A stretch of DNA of 64,000 bases, from positions 21,572 to 85,571 of the forward strand of contig CADBVV010000004.1 in assembly GCA_902798205.1 (NCBI GenBank), written 5' to 3'. Source of the DNA: an uncultured Pseudomonadota bacterium. Lineage in GTDB: Bacteria; Pseudomonadota; Alphaproteobacteria; Rs-D84. The number at the start of each line of letters is the position of its first letter. The stretch's first letter is position 1. Shown here piece after piece: positions 9,553 to 19,608 of this stretch. Both the position numbers and the translations under genes were made by a program. The notes under the pieces are model-generated. The model made no database searches, was not told where the DNA came from, and saw only the letters and a program-made list of their open reading frames with translations.

Positions 9553-11619
9553 ATGGACAAAGAAATCTTTGATTTTTTTAATACAGATTTACAATTCATA
9601 CATGGTGTAGGACCGGTGTTGGCTGCAAAATTCAATGAAGTTTTGGGTGGCCGTCGCGTTCTGGATTTCTTGCTTCATATACCATCTTATGTTCGTCCAC
9701 GCGAAATTCTGGATTCTGTTGTAAATGCACAAAATGGCGATACAATCACAATTTCATTACAAATAAAATCTCACAAACGCGGCGGTATTTTTCATGGCCG
9801 TCGCACCCCAACACAAATTGTATGTGCCGATAAATTTGCGGCACCCGTTACTATTCAATTTTTCAATACTAAATTTCTTGATTATTGGACCGAAAAATTG
9901 CCAATTGGTTCATGGCGAATTATAAGTGGTAAATTGGATTTTAATTCACGTGGTGGCGCAATAATCAATCATCCTGATTTTATCGAAGTCCCAGAAAACG
10001 CCTATAAAATTCCAAAACATCAGGCAATATATCCGTCTGGCGAAGGGTTGACCCAGAAAAACTTTTCTGCTGTTCGTGACCAGATTTTTAATATCATGCA
10101 CGAACGGATTGCCGCGTATAAATTAAGTGAAAGAATGCTGGAATTTTTGGATGCGTTGGAACATGTGCATTATCCAGAAACTAACGACGACCTGGCTCCA
10201 AACGGAACTTATATTGCTAAATTGGCATACGGTGAATTGTTTGCACATCAAAGTGCGATTGCTATAAATCGTCGCGCAAGATTGGCACATAAAAATACAA
10301 GACCAGTACGTGTATCAAATAAAAACTTTATCGATAAATTTTATGAAATATTGCCGTTTGAACTGACCAATGCACAACAACGAACAATCGACGAAATATT
10401 TGCAGACTTTAAACGCGATGTTCCAATGATGCGTCTGGTTCAGGGCGATGTTGGTTCGGGAAAAACTATGGTTGCAATGGCGGCTGCGGTAAAGATGGCG
10501 GAAAGTGGCGCACAATCTGTATTATTGGCACCAACAGACACATTGGCCCAGCAACATTTTGCAAAAATAAAACCAATGTGTGATAAATTGGGTTTGGTGT
10601 GCGATGTTTTAACAGGCCGCGACAAAGGTGCACCCAGACGCGAAAAATTAATATCCTTAAAATCTGGTCGCACAAAAATAGCAATCGGAACACATGCACT
10701 TTTCAGCGAAGATGTTGAATACAAAGATTTGGGATTGGTTATAATTGATGAACAACATCGCTTTGGTGTTGATCAACGCACCGCCATGCGTGCCAAGGGA
10801 AACAATCCAGATATGTTGGCATTGTCTGCGACCCCTATTCCGCGCACATTATCTATGACTGTTTATGGCGATATGGATATTTCAATTATCAATGAAAAAC
10901 CTGCGGGTCGTATTCCGATTAAAACATCTAAAATACCAATTGCACGTGTAAATGCATTGATTGAACGCATTGCGCCCCAGGTTGCAAATGGTGCAAAAAT
11001 ATTCTGGGTTTGCCCATTGGTCGAAGAATCTGAAATTTCAGATATGACCGCGGCACAATCACGTTACGAAGAATTAAAGAAATATTTCCCGGGCACCGGT
11101 CTTTGCCACGGTCAAATGGATAAAAAGCAACGCGACAAAGTTATGGAAGAATTCGTAGATACAAATTCCCAAATGCGCGTTTTGGTTTCAACCACTGTTA
11201 TAGAAGTCGGCATTGATGTGCCATCGGCAACCATTATGGTTATTGAAAACGCAGAAAGATTTGGTTTGGCCGCCCTGCACCAATTGCGTGGGCGTGTTGG
11301 CCGCGGTTCTAAACAATCGTATTGCATTTTATTATATGGCAACAATGTATCACCAGACGGCATAAAAAGATTAGATGTATTATGTGAAACCGAAGACGGC
11401 TTTGTAATCGCAGAACAAGATTTAATGATGCGTGGTGTTGGCGAATTATTGGGCACACGTCAAAGTGGTTGGATACAATATCATTTTGTAAACTATCGCG
11501 AACACAGGGATTTATTCAAATTGGCACAAACTGCGGCCATGAATAATAATAGCGAAGACGAAGATTGGGCGAAAACATTACGCATGATATTTAATTGTTC
11601 AACTGTTGCAGGGGCATAA
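9553..11619 (+). CDS. recG: ATP-dependent DNA helicase RecG
   Basis: Wedge domain. Helicase motifs GSGKT, DEQHRFG and QLRGRVGRG. 688 aa. Confidence 0.9.
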   Translation: MDKEIFDFFNTDLQFIHGVGPVLAAKFNEVLGGRRVLDFLLHIPSYVRPREILDSVVNAQNGDTITISLQIKSHKRGGIFHGRRTPTQIVCADKFAAPVTIQFFNTKFLDYWTEKLPIGSWRIISGKLDFNSRGGAIINHPDFIEVPENAYKIPKHQAIYPSGEGLTQKNFSAVRDQIFNIMHERIAAYKLSERMLEFLDALEHVHYPETNDDLAPNGTYIAKLAYGELFAHQSAIAINRRARLAHKNTRPVRVSNKNFIDKFYEILPFELTNAQQRTIDEIFADFKRDVPMMRLVQGDVGSGKTMVAMAAAVKMAESGAQSVLLAPTDTLAQQHFAKIKPMCDKLGLVCDVLTGRDKGAPRREKLISLKSGRTKIAIGTHALFSEDVEYKDLGLVIIDEQHRFGVDQRTAMRAKGNNPDMLALSATPIPRTLSMTVYGDMDISIINEKPAGRIPIKTSKIPIARVNALIERIAPQVANGAKIFWVCPLVEESEISDMTAAQSRYEELKKYFPGTGLCHGQMDKKQRDKVMEEFVDTNSQMRVLVSTTVIEVGIDVPSATIMVIENAERFGLAALHQLRGRVGRGSKQSYCILLYGNNVSPDGIKRLDVLCETEDGFVIAEQDLMMRGVGELLGTRQSGWIQYHFVNYREHRDLFKLAQTAAMNNNSEDEDWAKTLRMIFNCSTVAGA

Positions 11620-11620
11620 A

Positions 11621-12916
11621 ATGAAACGAATATTGATGATTTTATTTTCTGTTTTGTTTGTGTTCAATGCAAATGCCGCGACACTGATTAACGATACAGA
11701 AATCGAAAAACAAATTACAGAAATTATAAAACCTGTGGCAATTGCTGCAAATATTCCGGAAAACAGGTTAAAAATCTATATCGTTCGCGATGATGATTTT
11801 AACGCGTTTGTTCGTGGTGGCGAAGACGTGTTTGTTTATACAGGCCTGCTTAAACAAATCAAAAACCCAAATGCATTACGCGCGGTTATCGCACACGAAT
11901 TGGGACACACAATTGGCGGGCACATGGTTCAAATATCTGCGCGTATGCACGATGAAATGGTTCGAACAATGATAATTCAGGCATTGGGTGTTGGTTTAAT
12001 GGTGGCCGGCGGTAACCCAACCGCAGGCATTGGTGTTATGGCGGGTGCAACCGGCATTGCACAACAATCGATGTTGTCTTTTTCACGTGACGAAGAACGC
12101 ATGGCAGACGATATGGCCGTTGATTTAATGGTAAAGGCGGAACAAAATCCAAATGGACTGGTTGAAGTTTTCGAACAGATGCGTGAAATGCATGGTGCAA
12201 TTGAATCAAAAATTAACCCAAATCGTGTTAACCACCCATTAACAAATGAACGTATAAATAATGCGCAAACAAAAATATCCAAACTGAAAAAAATACCAAC
12301 AAAATCAAAAGCGCAAATTGCAAATGAAAATGAAAACTATGAAATCTTGCGCGCGAAATTAATTGGCTATTTGGACAAAGATAAAAATGTAATAACAAAA
12401 TATCCATATTCGAACAAAAGCGATGCAGCAATTTATGCGCGTGCGATTGCAAATATGCGTGGCGGTGATTTAAAGACCGCAAAAACAGGCACACAAACAT
12501 TAATTAAACGTCATCCAAACAACCCCTATTTTTACGAATTGTTGGGCGATATTGAATACCAATTCGGCGCATATGATGACAGTGTTATTGCATACGAAAA
12601 ATCTTTGGAATTATCAAAAAATGCACCACAAATTGAAACCGCACTTGCATTGGTGTTAAGTGAACGAAACAAACCGGGCGACCAAGAACGCGCCATTGAA
12701 TTATCAAAACACGTTATATTAACCGACCCCGCACCATTGGCATATTGGATATTGGCACGCGTGACAACTGGCGGTGAATCAGATTGGGCAATGGCCGAAT
12801 TTTACAACATGAACGGTGACAAAAAGAACGCGCAAAAATATGCAAAAATGGCGCAACAAAAATCAAAAAAGAATTCCCCAGAATATATTAAATCTGGCGA
12901 CATATTGAAAAAGTAA
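11621..12916 (+). CDS. periplasmic M48 metallopeptidase with TPR domain (BepA/YfgC-like)
   Basis: Signal peptide, HELGH zinc motif and C-terminal TPR-like helices. ATG at 11621, directly after the recG stop. Confidence 0.7.
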   Translation: MKRILMILFSVLFVFNANAATLINDTEIEKQITEIIKPVAIAANIPENRLKIYIVRDDDFNAFVRGGEDVFVYTGLLKQIKNPNALRAVIAHELGHTIGGHMVQISARMHDEMVRTMIIQALGVGLMVAGGNPTAGIGVMAGATGIAQQSMLSFSRDEERMADDMAVDLMVKAEQNPNGLVEVFEQMREMHGAIESKINPNRVNHPLTNERINNAQTKISKLKKIPTKSKAQIANENENYEILRAKLIGYLDKDKNVITKYPYSNKSDAAIYARAIANMRGGDLKTAKTGTQTLIKRHPNNPYFYELLGDIEYQFGAYDDSVIAYEKSLELSKNAPQIETALALVLSERNKPGDQERAIELSKHVILTDPAPLAYWILARVTTGGESDWAMAEFYNMNGDKKNAQKYAKMAQQKSKKNSPEYIKSGDILKK

Positions 12917-12926
12917 AAGGCATACA

Positions 12927-13487
12927 ATGAACATAATTTTTTGTGCTGGTGTTATGCCACCAGAAATGGATTGGAAAACGCGCGAATATTATCCGGGCAA
13001 CTTTGAACATTGGTTGCAATTTCGCATTGAAAAAGATAATGATATAATCACACAAATTCCAAAATTTCCACATGCACATGCGTTACTTATGAAATATGAC
13101 GAATGGGAAAAGATTATGGGTTACCAAGATATAAACGACGACACAATTTTGATTGGGCATTCTGCGGGCGGTGGCTTTGTATTAAAATACCTGGCGACAC
13201 ATCCAGAATTAAAAATAAGGCAAGCCATTTTGGTTGCACCATGGATTGATACAGGAAACGAACAACCAAACGGATTTTATAAAGGCCTTGATTTGAATAA
13301 CGACATTATCAAACAAACCCGCAATGGTGTTGATATTATGATTTCTGATGATGATATGCCGGAAATAATGTCCAGTTTTACCAAAATAGAACAAAATATA
13401 TCCGATATCCGCATTCATAAATTTACAGGACGCGGACATTTTTGCACCCCCGAATTACCAGAAATTTTGGACATTATAAAATATTAA
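12927..13487 (+). CDS. alpha/beta-fold serine hydrolase (YdeN/RBBP9-like)
   Basis: GHSAGG nucleophile elbow. 186 aa. Confidence 0.55.
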   Translation: MNIIFCAGVMPPEMDWKTREYYPGNFEHWLQFRIEKDNDIITQIPKFPHAHALLMKYDEWEKIMGYQDINDDTILIGHSAGGGFVLKYLATHPELKIRQAILVAPWIDTGNEQPNGFYKGLDLNNDIIKQTRNGVDIMISDDDMPEIMSSFTKIEQNISDIRIHKFTGRGHFCTPELPEILDIIKY

Positions 13488-14071
13488 TTTCCAACATCTT
13501 TTGCGGTGGCATCATGAACAGTATATTCTTTGCCATTATGCAAGACATGGAAAGATTTTGTTGTATTCGCATTCATTGTTTTTTTACCGTCTGATACCGG
13601 GGTCATTTTTGCATAGTATATTTTATTATCAAATTTGAAAGCCAACGCCGGTGTTGTTGTTTTTTCGGCGGTAATGTACATAATATCTTCACCAACATGG
13701 AATTTTTTGCCACATTCGCCGGCACTGATTGTCCCACGCGGTGATACCAATCCATCCGGACAATGTTCCATAACTGCATTTTCACCACCAACACAATAAT
13801 GATTTTCATCACATATCACACATTCGGTGGTGTTTTCCGAAAAATAATATCCCGCATCACAAAACGATGGTATATCTCTGTATCTGGCTTTTGCATAAAC
13901 GGTACCGGAATACACACCCAAAATTTCAAAAACCGCTGCATTTTTATATATATGATTTTCCAACATCAATTTATCGGACGGAAATTCATTTGAAACAACA
14001 ACACCCACATCGGCAAAGGCATTTGTCGATATAAAAACAAGTAGTAAAAATAAAGTGTTCCTTGCCTTCAC
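13484..14071 (-). CDS. secreted cysteine-rich repeat protein (paralogue family)
   Basis: Proposed GTG start gives MKARNTLFLLLVFISTNAFA, a clean signal peptide with AAGGGA upstream. The ORF-track start is a TTG at 14092. Contains a C-x2-C...CVGG / HCPDG cysteine pattern shared with 14275..15492 and 63532..64000. Confidence 0.5.
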   Translation of the reverse strand: MKARNTLFLLLVFISTNAFADVGVVVSNEFPSDKLMLENHIYKNAAVFEILGVYSGTVYAKARYRDIPSFCDAGYYFSENTTECVICDENHYCVGGENAVMEHCPDGLVSPRGTISAGECGKKFHVGEDIMYITAEKTTTPALAFKFDNKIYYAKMTPVSDGKKTMNANTTKSFHVLHNGKEYTVHDATAKDVGN

Positions 14072-14274
14072 TTTAAATTCGTCCCTTGACAATCTTTTCG
14101 TATTTTTTCTATACTGAATTTGAAGTTATTAATTATCTCGGTTCGAATTTATTTCCTTATCATCCTTTCTTTTATATAAACACTTGGCTATTACGAATTT
14201 TGGTTCGCAATAACAAAGCATTCGCATTTTGTATATGCGTGGGTGTTGCCCCACACATATACTTTTTTAATGCG

Positions 14275-15492
14275 TTATTCAGTGACAGGATTTTGTGGTG
14301 CTGTCGTACTGAATTCCCAACCATCAAATACCTTACCAGGTACGTGTATTGCTGATTGTGGGGTTCTGATATTGCCACCGTATGTGACAGTGCCCGCATT
14401 ATTAGCGTTGACCGCAGTAGATGTTGCGCCATCCCAACTAATATTGATTGTATTCGCTTCACAGGTTGATGGACTTGGTTCAATTGAACCGACCAACGCA
14501 GCACGGAGCGCGAGAGTGTCTGCATTGTCGGTATTCGGGTAATAAAAGATGTTTTCACAGGTGTTGGCACAGTATGTCGCGCAATCAAAACTGCTGGAGC
14601 TTTCGTTGATGAACACCCACACCCCAGACGATGCAATAGCAGAACCACCATTTGGTGTATAACTATCCAAATTGCAATAGCAATATCGTGCACCTTCTTG
14701 TTGCCATTCATCCGTTAAGCTATCAAATGTTGTTATATCTGGATATGTACCATTTGACATTGTTCCTTTGCTTCCATTTTGTGTAGAACATATACCATAT
14801 CCGTGTACCATACCATTGTTACCGTAATCTACTACAAATTCCCCGTTTTGTGTGAGTGTGTATGTAGATGTGTTAAAAGCTGGAGCGTTTGGGTTATTAG
14901 CTTTAAAACCAGCGCCTATTTGTTCACTTGTACTGATTAATGTCATAAGATCTGGTGTCCCTGATTTTACATGCCAACCGTTAACACAATCTGTCGGTTC
15001 ACATTGGTTGTTGTCGCCATAATAATAACCACCGTTTACTGTGCCGGTTGAATGTGCTACGTCATTATTTGTACATGTACGGTAACAATCTGTGTTTGCT
15101 GCGGCACCAGTTCCTGAATTACCATACCCGGTCGGGCATTGTGTCAAACCTTGTGCTGAAGAACTATAATTTACACCATTATCATCACCGGCACAAAAAT
15201 ATCCATTTTGATCACAATCTATCGGTGTTTCACTGTTTGCCGGTAAATATTTTCCGGCCGCCAATGCGTACGTTACATTGTGATATTTCGCATTTGCATA
15301 TACCGTGGCATTGTTTTGATATACGCCCGCCATATTTGTTGATGTTGCAGCACCGGTATATGTGGTGTCTTCCTGCATATATTGATTTTGACTTGCGTCT
15401 GGGAATGTTGATGATGTATTAGTTGGTTCAGCCATCGCCGGACAGGCAAAGCCCAACGCGACAAAACTGGTTAATATTAATTTTTTGTTCAT
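14275..15492 (-). CDS. secreted cysteine-rich protein with C-terminal Listeria-Bacteroides repeat
   Basis: ATG with an AAAGGA Shine-Dalgarno. Signal peptide. Cys-rich CxxGYFC...CPTGY region. C-terminal TVTYGGN...P..PGKVFDGWEF matches the flg_new / Lis-Bac repeat. Confidence 0.55.
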   Translation of the reverse strand: MNKKLILTSFVALGFACPAMAEPTNTSSTFPDASQNQYMQEDTTYTGAATSTNMAGVYQNNATVYANAKYHNVTYALAAGKYLPANSETPIDCDQNGYFCAGDDNGVNYSSSAQGLTQCPTGYGNSGTGAAANTDCYRTCTNNDVAHSTGTVNGGYYYGDNNQCEPTDCVNGWHVKSGTPDLMTLISTSEQIGAGFKANNPNAPAFNTSTYTLTQNGEFVVDYGNNGMVHGYGICSTQNGSKGTMSNGTYPDITTFDSLTDEWQQEGARYCYCNLDSYTPNGGSAIASSGVWVFINESSSSFDCATYCANTCENIFYYPNTDNADTLALRAALVGSIEPSPSTCEANTINISWDGATSTAVNANNAGTVTYGGNIRTPQSAIHVPGKVFDGWEFSTTAPQNPVTE

Positions 15493-15618
15493 GTTTTTTC
15501 CTTTCCTTTAGTTATTGTTAAATAAAAAAATCGACCAATTACGCCATATACGTAATTAGTCGATTCTTCATCCCATGCGCGAACATCCGTTCGCATAAAA
15601 ATTATTGCACAGCAAAAC

Positions 15619-15649
<31 letters not shown>

Positions 15650-15812
15650 AGAAAACTGCGGCTTTCAGCACTTTCACGATTTTTCCTTTTTCTCTTTTCT
15701 GTTATTTTATCAAAATCTGAAAATTAATAAAAGCAAAAAAATCATAAAAAAACTTGCAATGTGTTGGGAATATTTCCATAATTCCATTGTGTAAAACACA
15801 AAAGGAGACAAA

Positions 15813-15953
15813 ATGAAAAAATTAATCTTGGCATTGTTTGCTGTATTAACATTGGCAGCCTGCACAGGTTCATATAAATCTGGTAATTGTGAATATGATT
15901 TCTTGCTTCACAAAGATATTTCTATTTCTAAATGGATTGGCAGTTGCAATTAA
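15813..15953 (+). CDS. small lipoprotein (46 aa)
   Basis: AAGGAG Shine-Dalgarno 7 nt upstream of the ATG. Product MKKLILALFAVLTLAAC has a lipobox. A terminator follows. Not in the ORF track because it is shorter than 60 aa. Confidence 0.45.
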   Translation: MKKLILALFAVLTLAACTGSYKSGNCEYDFLLHKDISISKWIGSCN

Positions 15954-15973
15954 TAATTGCAATACCATAAAAA

Positions 15974-16000
15974 CACCGCCCGTTTGGGCGGTATTTTTAT
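15974..16000. terminator. bidirectional intrinsic terminator (CCGCCC-GTTT-GGGCGG)
   Basis: GC stem plus T-run, between convergent genes. Confidence 0.6.
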
Positions 16001-16437
16001 TTAACGTATTGTTTTAAGAAATGAACTATTTTATTTTCTGTTTCTTTTCCCAAAGTTGGTTTTTCTTCTTTTTTCTTTGGGGTGTCATCAAGCAACTCTC
16101 CTTTTACATTTTTTGAAAATGGGTTTAACTTTCTTTTTATAAATTCTTTTCTGACATCATTATACAAAGATTCCACTTCTGAATCTAAAAATTCACCCCA
16201 CAAAGATTTATCACCTATTGTTATATCATAAGGATGAGAGCTTTCCTTGTTACCTTTTCTTATTCTCCATATACGTTTGCCTTGCTCGGAAACAAACGAA
16301 TAAGATATTACTTCACGAGTCGTCGAATACTCCCTTCTATCACGAACAGTTTTCTTTTCTATTGTGTATTCTGGGTCCTTTATCATTTTACGCAACATAT
16401 CCAATGTCGCGGTTCTGAACTTTTTACTGGCAGACAT
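15997..16437 (-). CDS. hypothetical protein (146 aa)
   Basis: ATG at 16437 with an AAAGGAG Shine-Dalgarno, product MSASKKFRTATLDML... The upstream part of the ORF-track call overlaps the rne terminator. Confidence 0.45.
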   Translation of the reverse strand: MSASKKFRTATLDMLRKMIKDPEYTIEKKTVRDRREYSTTREVISYSFVSEQGKRIWRIRKGNKESSHPYDITIGDKSLWGEFLDSEVESLYNDVRKEFIKRKLNPFSKNVKGELLDDTPKKKEEKPTLGKETENKIVHFLKQYVK

Positions 16438-16484
16438 ATAAAACTCCTTTTTCATATGTATGATATTATACCATAAAATCATAA

Positions 16485-16520
16485 TAAAAAAAATAAAAAA
16501 ACCGCCCAAACGGGCGGTTT
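16485..16520 (-). terminator. intrinsic terminator downstream of rne
   Basis: CCGCCC-AAAC-GGGCGG stem followed by a long T-run on the minus strand. Confidence 0.6.
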
Positions 16521-16528
16521 TAATTTAT

Positions 16529-18328
16529 TTATCCAACCAATTTTTTCCAAAGTGATTGTTTCTTTGGTTGTTTTTTGACTGGTTTACGATGACGTGGCGC
16601 AGTGGTTGTCACACGTTTCGCATCCGCATGTTGTGCGTTTTTCTTTTTCGCATCAGTAGATGGTTCGTGTGCATCCAAAACATCGTCTGTTTTTACACTG
16701 TCCGCCATAACACGTTGAATTGAATATTGGTCAATATTCATCAAACTGTCATCGCCAACAATAACGATTTCTGTTTCAAATTCTTTTTCCATCGCCGCCA
16801 ATTCTGCGCGTTTTTGGTTAAGCAGGTAAATTGCGACATCGCTCGGCACTGTCATAATGATTTTTTGTGCGGCCTTAGCCAACAATTTTTCCTGTAAATG
16901 ACGGAACAAGATAATTGATGCAGTTTGAATAGATGGAACAACGCCCGCACCCATACAGTGTGGACATACAACGTACGAAGATTCAATGAAAGATGAACGC
17001 AATCTTTGACGTGATAACATCAACACACCAAATGCGTTAATCTTTGCAACCTGGGTACGTGCGCGGTCGTGTTTCATAACTTCGCGCATTTTTTGTTCCA
17101 ATTTGCGATTATTTTTTTCTTCTTCCATATCGATAAAGTCAATCGCAACAATACCCGCCAAATCACGCAAGCGCAATTGCAATGCGATTTCTTCGGCTGC
17201 TTCCAAATTAGTATTTAATGCGGTTTGTTCGATATCTTTTTCTTTTATCGCACGTGAAGAATTAACGTCAATTGTCACCATTGCTTCGGTTTGATTGATA
17301 ACAATCGAACCACCAGATGGCAATACTACGTATGGGCCATGTAATCCTTCCAATTGTTTTTCAACACCGGCCTTGGTCATTAATGGAACCGCAGTATCTT
17401 TGTATTGAACCAATTGTTTACGTGGGGCCTTGCCATACATTTGTTGGAAATAAGCCTTGGCTTCATCGAATGCTTCTTGGCCCTGGACATACATAACATC
17501 GTCTTTGTCAGAAATAAAATCACGAACAACACGACGAAGCAATGAATCTTCGGTGTGAATTGTGACAGGTGCCACAGATTCCAATGTTGTTTTGCGAATA
17601 TCGTTCCAAAGAGATGTCAAATATTCGTAATCTTTTGTGATGTCTTCTGCAGACGCATCTTGGGCCGCAGTTCTTAAAACAACCGTCATGCCCTTTGGTA
17701 TTTTCAAAGCATGCAAAATTTCACGCAAACGTGCACGTTCTGCCTTGTCAGAAATCTTTTTAGATATACCATAGCTGTTGCGTTTTCTGGAATTAGGCAT
17801 CAAAACTGCAAAACGACCCGCCAATGACAAATATGTTGTCATTGATGCGCCCTTTTGTCCGCGTTCTTCTTTTACGCCCTGGACCAACAAAATTTGCTTT
17901 GGTTTGATAACGTCTTGAATTTTAAATTCGTGTGCACGTTTTAATAATTCTTTGTTATCTTCACCGGCACTGTGATCATCGTATTCGGCGACTTCGTCTT
18001 CTTCATCGTTTGGATCGTCATCGTCATCAACGATATTCGCGTGTGCCAATTCTAATAATTTTTTCTTTTGTTCTGGGGTTACCTGATAATAGTCTGGGTG
18101 AATTTCAGAAAATGGCAAGAAACCATTTTTACCAGTACCATAGTCAACAAAAGCCGCCTGAAGTGAAGGTTCAACACGAATAACCTTGGCCAGATAAATA
18201 TTACCCTTTATCTGAGGTTTAGTCGTTGTTTCCACGTCAAAATCAGACACACGATTTGTTGCAGAATCGACAACCACCACCCGTGTTTCTTCTGGATGAA
18301 CGCCATCCACATATATCTTTTTTGACAT
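16529..18328 (-). CDS. rne: ribonuclease E/G family endoribonuclease (short RNase E)
   Basis: S1 domain and catalytic RNase E/G core (NIYLAKVIRVEPSLQAAFVDYG...). Acidic insert and basic C-terminal tail. 599 aa. Confidence 0.85.
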   Translation of the reverse strand: MSKKIYVDGVHPEETRVVVVDSATNRVSDFDVETTTKPQIKGNIYLAKVIRVEPSLQAAFVDYGTGKNGFLPFSEIHPDYYQVTPEQKKKLLELAHANIVDDDDDPNDEEDEVAEYDDHSAGEDNKELLKRAHEFKIQDVIKPKQILLVQGVKEERGQKGASMTTYLSLAGRFAVLMPNSRKRNSYGISKKISDKAERARLREILHALKIPKGMTVVLRTAAQDASAEDITKDYEYLTSLWNDIRKTTLESVAPVTIHTEDSLLRRVVRDFISDKDDVMYVQGQEAFDEAKAYFQQMYGKAPRKQLVQYKDTAVPLMTKAGVEKQLEGLHGPYVVLPSGGSIVINQTEAMVTIDVNSSRAIKEKDIEQTALNTNLEAAEEIALQLRLRDLAGIVAIDFIDMEEEKNNRKLEQKMREVMKHDRARTQVAKINAFGVLMLSRQRLRSSFIESSYVVCPHCMGAGVVPSIQTASIILFRHLQEKLLAKAAQKIIMTVPSDVAIYLLNQKRAELAAMEKEFETEIVIVGDDSLMNIDQYSIQRVMADSVKTDDVLDAHEPSTDAKKKNAQHADAKRVTTTAPRHRKPVKKQPKKQSLWKKLVG

Positions 18329-18533
18329 TTAATAATCCTTTTGTGTTGGGTATGTATAAAACAGACGCAAATCGTTCCCATGGGGCAATCCAGCCCATGC
18401 CAAGGATGCACGCAACGATAATCAAAAGCGCGACTCGAATTACAGTAAAAAGTGACAAAAACAGCACCACTTTACCCCATTTTATACAACAAAATAAATG
18501 ATAACAAACATGCGTTCCAAAGGCAAGGTGTTT

Positions 18534-19553
18534 TTATTTTTGAATATTTGGTTTTTTGTGTGGTAATTGAATATGCGGCATTTTTTCTTTAGCTTCTGCC
18601 AGCCATTTTTTCATGCGCGCACGCAACCAACGTTCGTATATAAAGAACAAACCACCGACGCCGATTAATGGCAATACATAATAAATTATTCTGTATGCCA
18701 ACAAGGCGCCAAAAATGCTGGCCTTGTCAACTGTTTCCGGCAAAGCCACCATAAATATAGATTCAAAAACACCGATACCACCTGGGACCTGGCTGAAAAC
18801 GCCAGCCACATTTGCTATCACATACAATCCGATAAATACACCAAACGGCATATCTATGAACGGACTGATACAGAAATAAAGAACCAATCCCGCACAAATA
18901 GCGTCTGCAATTCCCAAAATTGTTTGAACAATCGCTTCGCCAATTGTTGGAATATGTATTTTTATTTCACCAATTCTTATGCTTTTCCCGCTTAACATGG
19001 TTGCAATTGTGTAATATGCCAATATCACAGACAAACACACAATGAACAAACCATTTACACCAAATGAAGCGCCTGCGGAATTCGCAAACATATCACTTGG
19101 CACAAGAAAATAACCGATAACCGCGATTGCGGCATATCCAAGAAAGAAAGTAAATCCAGAAAACATTAACATTTTTACAATATCAGAACCCGGCACGCGC
19201 CAACGCGTATATAAACGATACCTTATCGCGCCACCACTGACCACTGCATGTCCGGCATTATTAGATATCGCAAAACCCAACATCCCGGCCAACATCCATT
19301 TCCACCAGGATACTTTGCGTCCAACATAATCTAATGCCAAATAATCATAAAGCGATAATGCAATATATCCGAACAAACATGCAATACATGCCAAAACCAA
19401 ATTAACAAATGGTATATTCCAAAGCGCGCGCGCAATATCCATTAACGAATAATTACGCAACTGCCAATAAAGCATGCCCGCAGCCAGTACAAAAAAGAAA
19501 ATTCCGGCATAACTGATTAATCTTTTAAAAAAACGTTTTGTTTTTGCTGACAT
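18534..19553 (-). CDS. integral membrane protein, UPF0104 / lysyl-phosphatidylglycerol-synthase TM-domain family
   Basis: 339 aa, about 8 predicted TM segments. Resembles the flippase-like membrane domain family. Confidence 0.5.
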   Translation of the reverse strand: MSAKTKRFFKRLISYAGIFFFVLAAGMLYWQLRNYSLMDIARALWNIPFVNLVLACIACLFGYIALSLYDYLALDYVGRKVSWWKWMLAGMLGFAISNNAGHAVVSGGAIRYRLYTRWRVPGSDIVKMLMFSGFTFFLGYAAIAVIGYFLVPSDMFANSAGASFGVNGLFIVCLSVILAYYTIATMLSGKSIRIGEIKIHIPTIGEAIVQTILGIADAICAGLVLYFCISPFIDMPFGVFIGLYVIANVAGVFSQVPGGIGVFESIFMVALPETVDKASIFGALLAYRIIYYVLPLIGVGGLFFIYERWLRARMKKWLAEAKEKMPHIQLPHKKPNIQK

Positions 19554-19608
19554 AAACTATCTCTTGCGAAAAAAAGCATAGCACCCATATAAATAAAAAG
19601 CAAATTGT

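Noticed and set aside
14172-14711. 179-aa minus-strand ORF and 14243..14542 plus-strand ORF
   Set aside because: Both lie in alternative frames inside the well-supported 14275..15492 secreted-protein gene. No Shine-Dalgarno and no motif.
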